From Raillietiella orientalis (taxonomy: Eukaryota), in NCBI GenBank assembly GCA_036172245.1, contig JAYWIR010000002.1, positions 434,001 through 498,000 on the forward strand: a DNA stretch of 64,000 nt, given 5' to 3'. Shown piece after piece: positions 25,926 through 38,500 of this stretch. Under the pieces are notes generated by a model, which saw only the letters and a program-made list of their open reading frames with translations, searched no databases and was not told the DNA's origin. The position numbers were made by a program, and so were the translations under genes. Within the stretch, counting starts at the first letter, position 1. Every line of letters begins with the position of its first letter.

Positions 25926-28900
25926 CTAGAAAAGCAGGGCTTAAATAATCGTAGGCAGTTTCCACAGTCTTGCAGCTTCGTATATGTGTACACTTGACAA
26001 CGTATTTGACAACTCCACTGGTTTTTGAGTCAGGGAAATTAAATCGGTCCCAAGTTTGATGACTGCTTTATTTTTGATAACGTCATAAGAACCTCTAGTT
26101 ATGCCTTTTGATGTAGACTTGAGTATTATTTATTACGAAATTATTTTTTTTTCCATTCTATTCTGTATAATTCAAAATTCTAATCTAATTTTCCTGAATT
26201 CTAGTTTTCTTAAACTCCATATAGAGAACACAACTGTATAATTATCACGTGACAGTATGATAAGAAATGCAATAAGTGCATCCATTGAACATTATGCATA
26301 AAGAATGCACTTTACATAATGTTTTCAATAACACAATAAAACATTAAATAAAAAATAATGGCTAAAATGGAGGTCGGAAATTCCTTACATTCGGGGTCAT
26401 TTGATCATAATCTTAGGAAATATAATCCTCATAATTTACTAACAGATGCATCCTTCCAGAAACGATGTAATAAGAATTCAGTCTCGCCGAGTTGTCAGCA
26501 GGCTGTATATGATATCAGTGAATGATAAGAGTAATAGAGATGTAAGGAAAAAGCATCAAAACCAACGATTTGCTACTGTTCTGCTGTAACAAGACCTAAC
26601 CTTTATATCAACAAGAACGGCAAGTTATACCGAAGGGCAGGAAGTGAATCCCTTTTTTTTTTTTTTTTCAAGTGTGTACGTCCATCCTTGCCTTTTTTGG
26701 TACACTGCTTTTGGAATTAAGGAGGTTTCAACAAATGTTGCAACAAACGTTTGGAAATCATTTGTGAGTAAGCTGTTTTATTGGACAGAATTACAAACTA
26801 TTTGAAAATACAGCTCAAAAACATAGCTCTTTAATAAGGAATTCTAGAAAAGATAAGTAAACCAAATAGGAGGATACAGCAGTGGAAGGCAGCAGATCTC
26901 CAAGAAAAAGGAAAACACGGAAAAGAACCTCGCGTTTCTTTGAATACGAGTCCATCAAGAAACAACGAAGGGCAACGAGTGCCCCTAAAGAACGGCAAGT
27001 TTGTGAGGAGTTGGGTAAAATGGCAGCTCCTTCTTGGCCCTTGGTTTCGGATGAAGATGTCAAACGAGGTGCGGAATACGGAAGTGATCGGATTATTACT
27101 GTCCGCTCATCGAATGAGTAAACAGATGAGATTTCGACTCGTGAAAGAGCATGAAGAAAAGAATGACGCGTTTCTGGCTCTTTATTTTCAGCAGCATTGA
27201 AAAGTAGCCACTTAATCTTTTATCTTTTCTCGAAAACATTGGCTCTTTGCAAATGAAGTAATTTTCGAGATTGCATCCTCATTGGACCGACCTTGCAAAA
27301 AGCCTGAGCGGATATCCGACTTCGGAATCAAAACGAAGATAGTTTTTCTTTTTTTTTTTGTGATCCGGAGTTTCACTACAGTTGGGACCAAAGAGATGAT
27401 CGTTCTCAATAGCAAGCAGCTGACACATTAGGGAAACTTGAGGAATGCTACTTTCTAACGGGCTAAAGGGAAACGAAGAACTTTCGGGATTGCAAGCAAT
27501 GAGACTTTTTTTTTTTTACTATGAGCTCGTTGGAACAGTACATATGTTCCAGCTCTTTTTCACATAGAAGACGGACAGTCATTGAAGCGGTGTGACTGAG
27601 AGTTTCAGCCAGAATCTCAAAACAAGAAGAAGTTGTTTCGAGAATCGAGATAAGCGAGAAGGGGCGTTTCTATTTCAAATATAAGTGCGGATTTAAAACG
27701 TCACATTTGATGAATCATTGAAATCATTACTACTTCTCAACATGAAACTGATACACCAAAATCGAAAAACTTACCATGTTTTTCCGTGCTGCCAGAAGCA
27801 AAAGCTGTTCGGTCTTGTTAGCAAGCGAGCATCATTGCGAAACACACGGGAAAGCTTCTATCTCTACATCCGAGAAGGATGTCCACTATTTCTATCATCT
27901 GATTTAACGAGGAAAACAGCCGGTGGAAACCAAGAGTCGAGTCTACGAGACTGGAATTCTGAATGCCGTAGGTTCAACATCCTCATTTCCGGGGATCCAG
28001 TTTAGCTCTGATGGAGATAATTTCATTAACAAAGATAAAGTCGGAAACTGTCTTCAATTGTGATTGCAGACAAATCACTACACGTAGCTTGCCTTGGACT
28101 CTCATTAGCTCTTCCTCCAATGAGGGATTAGGAGGCGTGGAGTTGAACAGTTTTGATGGAGTAATACGTGAAGAAAGCCACGGATTCGAGATTCCGTTAT
28201 CGAACCACTGCCATTCTACGTGCCTTTTGATCCCGATGCACGATTTATTATTTGGCTGGTTCGTGTGTGTTCCCTTTACTGACCGCATGCCTGGTATCAG
28301 ACGGAGTCCTTTTGCGTTTCTCATATATAAAATCGATCTCAAAGGAACAGTCGCTCGTCCGTCTCAACACTTCTTAAGACATAACAAAGGCCTGCAAGCA
28401 TAACGAAAGACCTTTCCGTTTCCCGTGACTTTTTTAATGTTCGGGGACGTCGGCAAGTGGACTTTGCAGGAGGACGGCACCGCCACCGAATCGCACGCTA
28501 CCGCAACACAAGAGCACCTCTGCCGCAGCCAGGAGTTGCCTTCCGAAATAAGTTCGGGCACGCGGGATTGAGAACGAGCCCCGAAGCGAATTCCCTCCCT
28601 TTTGGAGACCAGGCCTCTCCCTAAGTCACACGCTCGCTGCCTTCCCACTGCTTTGTCGACAGCAGTACTGCTCCACGACATGATAAAAGATTTAAGAATC
28701 TTCCCGCGGTAAACCTTTAGAAGGACGGCGGAGTGAAGTTGAAATTGATGCTTAGGCTCTGCGAAAATGAAGCTGCACTTCAAAATCCCTTTTCCAGCAG
28801 CACAGTTGCCACGCGGATGCGAAAAGCGGGAAAAATTCGTTCGCATGAAATGTAGGGATGGGAATGCATTGAGCAGGTGACCCTGAACCTGGTCTTCTGC

Positions 28901-30774
28901 CATCGACGCATGTCACCGAATGCCCTGTTTGCGGACAAAAGTCACGTAGTCATGGTACTTTTATCCATGAATACCAGCTTCCTCTACTTTGAGATACTTT
29001 CCAAAGCTTGACCTTTTCATGACATCTCTTTTGTTAAAGTTGCCTTTAGGCTTTGAAGTCGAAGTGGAGTGTCATTAATAGAACCTCACCTCACTGATTC
29101 ACGAAATCTCTGCAAACACCAATGATCGTATCCAGAAAGTGTTATTGAAATGCTTAGCATGTTGAAATCCTTATTTATTTCATCTCCCCTGAATACAAGC
29201 ATTTCTTTCTTTGATCTGAGAGTCCCAGCGGTCCTTTTTTTCTTTTGAGCATGGGCGGACTGTTTGGAGGCTCGCTGTTGATGAGGTAATCTGGCCAGGG
29301 ATCATTTTCCAGGACAAACTGCAAAGGAAGTCCACGGAAGACTGAAACGGTTGACGCTGCCAACAGTTTCCCTTTCTTCGCGGTTGCTCCCTTGGTTCAC
29401 GCGAACCCTTTGCCACGTGGTAAAAGGACACATTCCCTAAAACGATGATGATGAAAGTGTCAACTTCCGGATTTTTCCGTCTATCTGCTCGCAGAATTCT
29501 GGGGTTTGCTGCCTGAAACCTCTCGCCTGGTCGGTTCCGGAGACGCTGTAATACTGCAACAGGGTTCTGCTTCCGATCTTTGAACGGTGGAGTCTGCGCC
29601 GTAAGAGCTGCAAGAGCTGGTTCTTCTCCTGCACTTCACACAGATAAAATTCGCATCCCATGCTCCTTTTCCAGAGATACTAATCGATTTGAAACTGAAA
29701 GTTTATTTATCGCGGGCTGGAAACAAATAAATAAACTTTCAGGTTCAAATCACGCTTCCAAATCGTAACAACCCAACTCAAATAACAGATCGCAAGTTAA
29801 ACGACACTTCTTTTCCAACACATTAAAAACGATACTGACTTTACTTGCTTACTGAGGTCGTTGACTGGCTTCCTCCCCTCCAAGTTGTTCGGTCTTTCCT
29901 CGCGGTTCCCGAAAGTTCCCGAAATGTTCATTTGTGGATCTCAAAATGACTTCGAGTGAAAACGGGGGCTTCGGAGGATGTACGAGGTTCCTGTACTGTG
30001 TACATAAATATATGCGTACGACAGAAATACCCCACGCTTATGATAGGAACAAGCAAATTTTCCACGTCCAAAATGCCATAAGTGGAAATAGCTGTGAAAG
30101 CCTTTGATCCTTTTGTTTGAAAGTATTTGAAAGATCTCAATTTGAAAGAATTTATTATGGAAAATGGTTTGCTATTGGAAGTCCATTTCAAAATCTGAGC
30201 GCTCAATTAGAAAATGCTGTCAGATCGAAATCAGGGAAAGTGGGATTTTCTCCAGAAAACGCTTATTTTGTTGTTTTGTTTCGTGAGCGTCGGTGGACTC
30301 GGGTCTATTTAGAGTGGATGCTTCTAAGAGACCTCTGCAAGACCGAAGGGTGTCTTCTCTTTTTCCGTGAGTTGTTACGAGTCGACCTTTTCGGTATTTC
30401 GAATGAAAAAGAATAATTGGCTGAATGCAGGCATCCAGATACAGGAATGGTTCTGCCCTCTGCATTCACGCAGGCACGAAGTCTTATCCTTCCGACAGGG
30501 AGGGGAAGAATAATGTGCAACTTTGACCGTGCTCTCACGATGAACGTAGCTGGCAGTGGCACCACTGGGGGTGGTTTCCAATTTGACCACTCAGCCTGAC
30601 TCCTAGCAGAGATACGGCTTCGTGAAAATCAAATCAGCAAGGAATCGCGCAGGCGTGCACGCCTGCTGCTAGGAAATCCTCGTCCACAAATTCATGAATG
30701 CTGAAGGATATTTCTACCAAACTCTCGGGTGATGCCAAACGCAGGGGGAGCCATTCAAAGATGGCGGCGTTTCA

Positions 30775-30829
30775 CCGCGCTGACGTCACACCCCGGAGTC
30801 GGACCCGAGGCGACCGGCTGCAAATGCTC
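30775..30829 (+). repeat. 55-bp dispersed GC-rich element containing TGACGTCA (copy 2), next to a YY1/Pho-like AAGATGGCGGC
   Basis: Matches the reverse complement of 22092-22147. CRE palindrome at 30781-30788; AAGATGGCGGC at 30758-30768. Confidence 0.8.
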
Positions 30830-31346
30830 ATCCTATAGTTTCGTGGGAATCAGTGACCGCGGAAGGCAGGGGGGGGGGGGGAGGGGTTGAGGAAGGGGAG
30901 CGCAGAAAAAACTGCACTCATATAAAACTGCTAATTTTTTTTTTTTTTTGCACCCGTACAGGAAACCGGTTGTCAGACTAATTTCCAGGAACACTTCTTA
31001 GGTGATGATTTATGTGCTAACAAAAGCAGCGCCAGTCGAATGAATAAATAGGCGGGCGAATAAGCGGATTGGAGAACCCGTGCGACGCGATCAGATCTTG
31101 GTTTCTCTGAATTCTCTCAGCTCATTCCAGAGCCCTGAAAAGGAACTTCCATCATCTCTTTAATCATCAGTGCTAGGTGATTTTGACGGGCGCGAAAACG
31201 GTCAGCAGCGTTGCCGCTGCTGCCGCTGCTGCTGCTTCCTGGGAAGAGAAGGGAGCAGAAGAAAGAGGAAGAGTGTTTTGCAGTGGAGCTTGCCGTGAGC
31301 TGCGATGAAGAGAACAGGCAGGTTTCTACTTTCTCCGTCGCACAGC

Positions 31347-31526
31347 GAATGGTAGAATCCAATTAGCTACGGGAAGTGAATGTGGAAATGGAAGTAGAGG
31401 TAGAGGAATAGCAACAGCTAGTTCAATATCAAATAGTGAGAAAATAGTAGTCATCGAGAAGAATTGGGTAGAGAAAGGAAAACATGAGCTAGCTTTGGGG
31501 TCGAGTCCCCCGCATTCGACGGGGGA
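31347..31526 (-). pseudogene. ND3: NUMT: nuclear copy of part of mitochondrial NADH dehydrogenase subunit 3
   Basis: Translates as SPVECGGLDPKASSCFPFSTQFFSMTTIFSLFDIELAVAIPLPLL, matching the ND3 signature SPFECGFDP..S.R.PFS..FF...I.FL.FD(I/V)E....P. Conserved sites are substituted, there is an extra Gly codon, and both ends are missing. Confidence 0.85.
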
Positions 31527-32145
31527 TACACAGTACTGTTTTGGGGTAACTTCGGTACGAGAAAAGCTGACCGCGATCGAGCGCGGGTTCAATCCCGGCT
31601 TGCCTCGTCTGCTGATCTTTCGAAAGATAAAATTGCATCATCTTTCCCTGCCACCTCGGGAATAACCGGGACACTTGATTTCCACAGTTCGGAGTGATTT
31701 TTCTTACGGAAGAACCATTGCTCCGAACAGACAATAATCAAATGATTTTTAATGACTGCTTCTACCTTAGAATGGGATCGCGCGCTTTCATCGTCAGAGG
31801 ACGGAGCGGAGGAAACCGAATCCAGTTCGATCCAGTGAGCGTGGGATGTGGGCGGAGGAGCTTCCTTCTTCCAGAGGCTGAAAGCGAAATCCTTCCTCTC
31901 AAAGCTCCCAGAATCGCATCCGAAGGGGAAGCGGGACTTTTCCGGAGCGAGCGGTCACGGAAGGGAGGTTTCTGAAGCGACGACACGCCTGGAACAGCTG
32001 CGCGCCCGATTCAGATGCGCGTTTCCTAGAGTCTCTTCTAAGACTCCGCCTCAGAGGCGGCGGAGCAGTTTGGCGTGGGGCGAAGAGGAATTCGCGCTCG
32101 AGGGAACCAGTCGCAACGATCTGAGGAAGGGGAAGGAGAGCCATT

Positions 32146-32544
32146 TCATCCGATGGGCGGCGGGGGCAACCCAGACTGGCTGACAATGTTCATCAGGTAA
32201 TCCGTCAGGGGACCGAATATCATCGTCAGCCCGAACCACACCAGGAGCGGCACCACCAAGAGGCTCACTCTCTTGCTGGGACGTTCGTTCCACATGATAG
32301 CAGCTTCCTTGGTGAACTCGAGATCCTTCGTCTTCGTTTCTTCTTGCACATGGGAATCGTACTGACCATTTAGAAAGGGGTGGTTTTGGTAGGGAGGAAA
32401 AGGCCAGCTGGACGTTCTCTGCGCGACGCCTTTCCGGAGATGGGGTCTCCGGAGGCGCTTGCCGAGCTGCTCAGTTTGCCTTGGAAGCGTGCCAGCCAGC
32501 AGGAGCAAGAAGCAGATGCCGCGAACGGAACCCCTCGTTACCAT
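32146..32544 (-). CDS. Orphan type I single-pass membrane protein (132 aa as read; may continue into an exon at 31238-31117)
   Basis: Acceptor ctttttgcag| at 32553, then Kozak GCCATGG. Signal peptide MVTRGSVRGICFLLLLAG, polar ectodomain with Tyr/Pro and KR/RR sites, and TM helix VSLLVVPLLVWFGLTMIFGPL. Confidence 0.65.
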   Translation of the reverse strand: MVTRGSVRGICFLLLLAGTLPRQTEQLGKRLRRPHLRKGVAQRTSSWPFPPYQNHPFLNGQYDSHVQEETKTKDLEFTKEAAIMWNERPSKRVSLLVVPLLVWFGLTMIFGPLTDYLMNIVSQSGLPPPPIG

Positions 32545-35500
32545 GGCAGAGATCTGCAAAAAGAAAAAGCAATTTTGCGTGAACCCGGGCAAGATTTTTT
32601 TTCACCAGAAAGTTGCAACCAACCGCGAAGATGCCTGCACGCGTTCCTCACGTTCCGGTTTCTCGGAGCGAACCCAGGGGCTCCGACGGATGAAGGCATT
32701 AGGCCGCCGCTTGCCCAGAGCTTGTTCCTCACGTGTTTGCTTGCTTGCTGGGTGGCGGCCCAAGCGTTGCCGCCGATCTCAGTAGGCTCTCGGCCCCAGC
32801 TACCCCCGGGAACCGTTTTCGAGACGGCAAGCCGCTTGCACGTCTCGGAGCAGCTCAGCTCTGGGAAGCGCAGTGCGCGGAAGTCGCTGGTCCACCACAT
32901 CCCGCGCCATCCCTTTCTTTCTTGTTCACTGCGTCCAATTGCCGAAGGTCCTGCTCTTTATTGTTGAGCATCCGATTGTTGTCCTTCTGTATCCAAGCGT
33001 CATCTCGGGAGAACTCGTGATGGTGGCAAGGAGAGGAGGGAGGAAAGGGAAAGACGGAGGAGGAGGCACACGGGAGCGGCAGTCGGAGGGTAGGGCGAGT
33101 GGATTCCAGCGCGGTTCGGTGGAGTGGGGAGGGGAACATGCGCTGGCTCGACAACTTGCTTATTTTTTTATCTGCCGGAAAGGAGGTTTCCCTGTTTCGG
33201 GACGCCTTCTCACCGTGGGGACGCACATGACTGGCGGAAGACGGGAAGGGAAGGGGCCGGCTTCCATCTCTAGCACTCTTCGATAATGAGCAACATGTTT
33301 TATGGTGTTGGGTTCGGGTTTCTCCCTTCTCTCTTCCACCATCGCCTCTCTCTCCCACCCACCCTTCCCCCTCCCTCAAGATCCCTGTCGGTATCGTCTT
33401 CCAGCTTTCGTTCGGGAGGGGACATCCTCATGGAAGAGCTACTTTGTTTCTTCGCGAAGTTCTCGAAAAGCTCAAAGGAGAGCGTTCCAAGGGGAAGAGG
33501 TTCTTCCAGCTCAGAGGTCGTCGTTCCAGGAAAATACGAGCGGTCCGGTCCAGAACAGGCAAAGAGAGGGGGTCTTTGTTTCGATGAGAGCATCCGAGGG
33601 AGCCTGGACCGAGCGATTTCGATCTCTAGTGGGGCGTAAAAAAAAAAAAAAATTCCTTCCCGACGTGACTCGAGAATCGCACACAGGTCAACTCCCTTCC
33701 AGTCTTTGTTTCTGGCTCTTTGAGCACCACACTCTTCTTCACTTCTGCCTTTTTAACGGATCAAGAGAGCGGAGTCTTCTTCCCAACCCACGGGCTATGG
33801 AAACCGACTGCTTGTGTCGTTTCGGGAAGAAGCAAGCCGCCGCCAGACAATCCGTCTTTTAGATAAAGTTCTTCCTGATTCCTTAAAATTACTCACTGAT
33901 TGATGCAACAGATGGATGGATCACATGTTTTGCTAAGCAAGAAGAACGAGCACCAGACAACGAATGCCCGAGGTCTCAAAGACTACTTTTGCGCGAATCT
34001 CCTAACTGGTGACACGATGCACTGCCAAAGAATTTTCCCTACCCCACCTCTTGCCATATTGCAGAGCAAGGACGACGGACCTGCAAGAGACCATTCGCTT
34101 CGACGATCCACGTAAATCCTTTCTTCCACTCTCAGGAATGTTGGCCTCGAAAAATCACGATGACAACCATGAGGTCGGCAAAGGTCGTCCGGTTGGCGTG
34201 ACTTTCCGGTCTCGTGTTTCCTCTTTGCCTTCCAGAGAGGGTTCTTCCCAGATCTTCCCGCAAATGACCAGGGCTTCGGATTCGGAGGAGGGAATCACCG
34301 ACCACTTCTCGAGGCGAACCTTGCTCTGGAGTAAGCGGAAGTAGAGCAGTCACAAGAGCGAGCCACTTTGCTGCTGGAGGATCCACGCGCTCCATCTCTC
34401 TGCACTGCCAGTCGGCAGCCACGTTCGGGAACGGTGGAAACGCCTCCTCCGCAGGCCGCGTTTGCCTTCTTTGCGCCCCTCAGCCAGCTCGTTGTCCACC
34501 TTTCTCCCGGAGCTCTGGTGGTGCTTTGAGCCCGCCGTCCCCAGCTTTCGCCGGAAACCGTTTCAGGTTCAAGTTCGCGGCCACCGCTCCGCTTCCTTCC
34601 TTTGCTATCCATGCTTGTGATCCAAATCGTTCAGGTCTTTGGAGTTCAGCGAGGTCACTTCAGAGAACTGGAGACTTCGACGACGATCCTCGGGGGACAC
34701 GCAGAGGAACAATTTCTCCAAGAATGAGTTCCCGAAAGGTAATGAATTTCCCGATTCGAAGGGCGGCGGCGGCGTTGGTGCTTTGTCTCCATGGCGTTCC
34801 AAGACACTGCTTATCTTTCATATTCACTAATCATTTAATTCCTTGATTCATCAGACAATTATTGATGATCCGAGTAGCTCCAAATAGAGAGCACCTTATA
34901 GAATTCGTCCTCAGTGGCTGAGAAATAACAACCACGTAAAGTTGTGCGATAAACTGAGATGAAAACTAAGATTGAATACGGTACGTGTAATATACACGTA
35001 TGCCAAAAAAAAAAAAAAAAAAAAAAAAAGGAAGCCTTATTATAGATACTTTATACAGTCTATGGGTCATGCGATCTTATGCCTTGCATTCATTACCCTC
35101 TACCGGATCTTATACCTGCATTCATTTTCTTTCACCACTGTATACTTTCGTGCGGCATAGCTGAGGTGTAGGAAAGAGTTGCCACAATTTCGGACCACAA
35201 TTGATACGAATGCTCCTGATTTCAGGATTGATCATTAGTGTGTACACTTCGTAAGTAGAAAGCAATCGTCGCCTCTAACCGTGGAGAACGTCACAAGCAA
35301 AAATAGCAGCAAAGCTCCCACTCGCCCATCAAAGGGAAAAAAGTGTTTGCATCTTGGTGACTTTCGGATAAACACCCCGCATGATTAAGAATTCATCTCT
35401 CGGGTGTTTCCAGGGAGATGTGTCAACAGCATCCCATTTCGACTGCAGCATACGTTCTGCATGCATTCCCACTCGACCGTAAGCATATGCTACGTGCGCA

Positions 35501-38500
35501 TCGGAGACTCCTTTTCTTATACGAGGAAACATTTACTCACGTTTATTCATTTCGCCTTTGCTCTACACGAGAGAATGAACGCAACACGGTTGGGCACGAA
35601 TCCCGACTGCCAACAGAAGGAAACTGATTCTTTGCCCCAACGTGGATTTGTTTTCTCTTCGGGCGCTTCCCATTCTTCCCATGACGGAAGGAAATCGCTC
35701 CCATCTCTCTCCGAGGCAACCAATGAATTGCAAACATAAGCTAATGTATGCAGTGAATTTACGCCGAGTCCTTTGAAATTCCTGGCTTTGAAGCGCAGGA
35801 TTCCCTGGCAAGTAACCTGTGTCGGACAGGGCAAAGTGAAGGAGGTGCGTTAAATACAGTCCGAGTTCAAGAAAGACAGCACGCCAAGCCGATCACATGC
35901 AACCGCCCGGACGGGTTGCCAGGGGGGCAGCCCTTTCCGTGAGAGGTAAACTTGAACGTTGCTTACCTAACTTGCATTCCTTGCAGAGAATCGGCTTCCC
36001 CGAGTTCGGGATCCTCATTTATGGAGCTAATGGCAACATGTCAGCAATACGTAAACAGAATTCGCGGATAAACAGCATCTTAAGGTGGTCGGAAGTTCGT
36101 TGCATTATCCACGCATTTCCTATTCGGCTCCGAGGAGATAACATCTGGATAGAGTTTGATCTGCAAGCAGAATCAAGAGGGAACTGTTAGTTTACTGGAT
36201 AAAAACACTTCCTCATCGGAAGTGAATCCCGTTAGAAAGTTTCATTTAAAAAAAAAAAAAAAGCAAAATTCCGCTACGTGGTATTCTTTTACCGGGCACA
36301 CATAAAGTAAACAGTTCAGGCTGCTTTAAGAAGATAGTGGAAGAGGGAGAAGAAGGAGAAGAAAAACGTACAAACACACAATTTTAGCATCCGTTCTCTC
36401 ATTCGACTGGACACAGAGTTTCTACGGTTACAGGATGAAACCATACAAATTGTAGACTCTGCATTCCGGAATTTCAGCCAGCCTTCTTCCATAGGAGATT
36501 TTTTTCAGCTTCGTTTTCAGAATTTCGGGGAAGCCAGGAATTCAGGAAAACTTTCGAAGCATGAAGCGCATGAAAAAAAGATCCAGGAGCAGCGTGCCAA
36601 GTCCTGAGAACCCCAGTGAGCAGAGGAATTACCTACCAAGAAGATGCAAAACTGAACCTATAATTCGAATAGGAGGAAAAAGCAAATGGATACAAAATAG
36701 CAGTGGATGCAAGATAGGATGCAACTTGACTGTATTTCCTGAGCAACAAGTGAACATTTGACATCACGTTTTCATCTTCCTCCTCCCGAGTCTAAATTAA
36801 TCCCAAAGGGCGCAGTGGCATCCGCAAATAATTTAGAAGGAATCGACAGATCAGGCACGGATGGATTTTGTCTCTTCCTGAAGGAATTCTCTGCTTGTCC
36901 CTGACCACGCATCAACACAGGTAGTTAAAGCTTCGCGGAAAGGGTTTGAGACTTTGTGGACTTGACAATTTTGTTCTTTATCGGCTCGCAGCAAGACTTC
37001 CCCAGCTATTTGTGGCCCAGTGGCATGCTGCAAGTTCGTGATCACCCATCAAAGAAGTGAAGAGGTCATTCCGTGTTCGAGCAATCATTTTCATGAGGAG
37101 AGCTTGCAGCTGATGACTGCGATTGACTCTGGTTTGAGACAGCACGAAATAAAGCAGCGGCTCTCAAATGTAAGAAGTCGAAGCTGAAATGGCCATTAGC
37201 TGGAGACAATGAGGGCTGTTCCTTATTCATCGGACGAGATGAGATCGGATGCGCTCCGTTTTGCTCCGATAAAGTGACTCATTAGAGGAATTCCCTTCTC
37301 CAGAACCCTGGTAATTCGAATTTTTGCGTGGAGCCAGTTTCTTGAAGCTCCCTGGTCCCTAAATGTTCTCCTTCGGCTTCCGGTAAGGTGAATCAGAGTA
37401 AGTTCCGTTCCTCCTCATAGATATTTCTCATTAGAAGAATTTCCTGTTAGAATTCCCTACTGCTTAGCTGAAGAATGAGCTGCACTCGTCTGCAGAGGTC
37501 AACAAGATGACGCCTGGCAGCTCAATAGAGGTTCCGACTGATGTTATTTCAACTTCAGAGTGCTGCTGGGATATCTGAGGCGTGCTCTGCTTTCTCAATG
37601 GCTCATCCCCAAAACTGCATTCTCCAGCACTGTGAAAAAATTCAGACCCTCGTTGTAGCAAGGTTGAAAGATTGTCTTCCTAACTCTTCGTGTAAAAAAA
37701 AGAAAAAAAAAAGGATTTAACGGATGCGATTGATTTGCTTGTCAAAGACTGAAACTACGATCGATAGACAAAATAAGCATATACAAGAATACAGAGATGA
37801 CCCTTAAGAATCCAAATCAAGTTAAGAAATCCAAGTCAAGCAGTTGCAAACGTTTCAAGCTCTAAGAAGCGCCTTAGCGCTGACGTGCCATTAAGTAACG
37901 CAAGACCTGGAACATTAGAATGAAGTATGGATGAGTTTCCAGATAAATCCAAGAGGAATAAGCAAAAAGAAACAATGGAAAGTAGGAAAGGGGTTGACGA
38001 AAAATATATTGCAATGAGGAAGGAGGATGAAATGGATGCAGGAAGCTGGAATCGAAAGGATCTACAGGCGAAAGATGACTTGTATGAAGTGAAAGACTGA
38101 GAAAGATTACAACGAGAAGAGAGTGAGGAATCGCTCGAAAAGGGACGAACAGAATATACAAAATGGATGGCTGCAGGTCAGATCTTACTATAGGAAAAGA
38201 AACAGTATGGCCATATGTGGAATCTCCGAAGTGTGATTGTTTATGGGTTTTTTTTTTCTTCTAAAATTCTTTCTTCTTTTTTTTCCCCTCAATGCTTTTC
38301 ATCTGAGAAGCAAAAATCTTGAGAGAGAGTCTCGACTTTGAAGAAGGTGTAAATTCCCTCTTTTCAACATTCATGTAATCCGAGAAATGCAAAGAAATAC
38401 TGGTATGCGAAAAGTCAGGGAATATTCGATGGATTTGCGAACGAAATTCTCTCTGTTTCGCCAATTTTTTTTTTCTCTCTCTCTCTTATTCGACATATAT

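Noticed and set aside
27020-27121. AAAATGGCAGC start giving MAAPSWPLVSDEDVKR as a possible first exon
   Set aside because: No compatible downstream exon could be found.
37065-37110. SNHFHEES, and CEDHF at ~62070, as THAP-domain-like motifs
   Set aside because: The N-terminal CxxxxC and the conserved W/P of THAP are missing.
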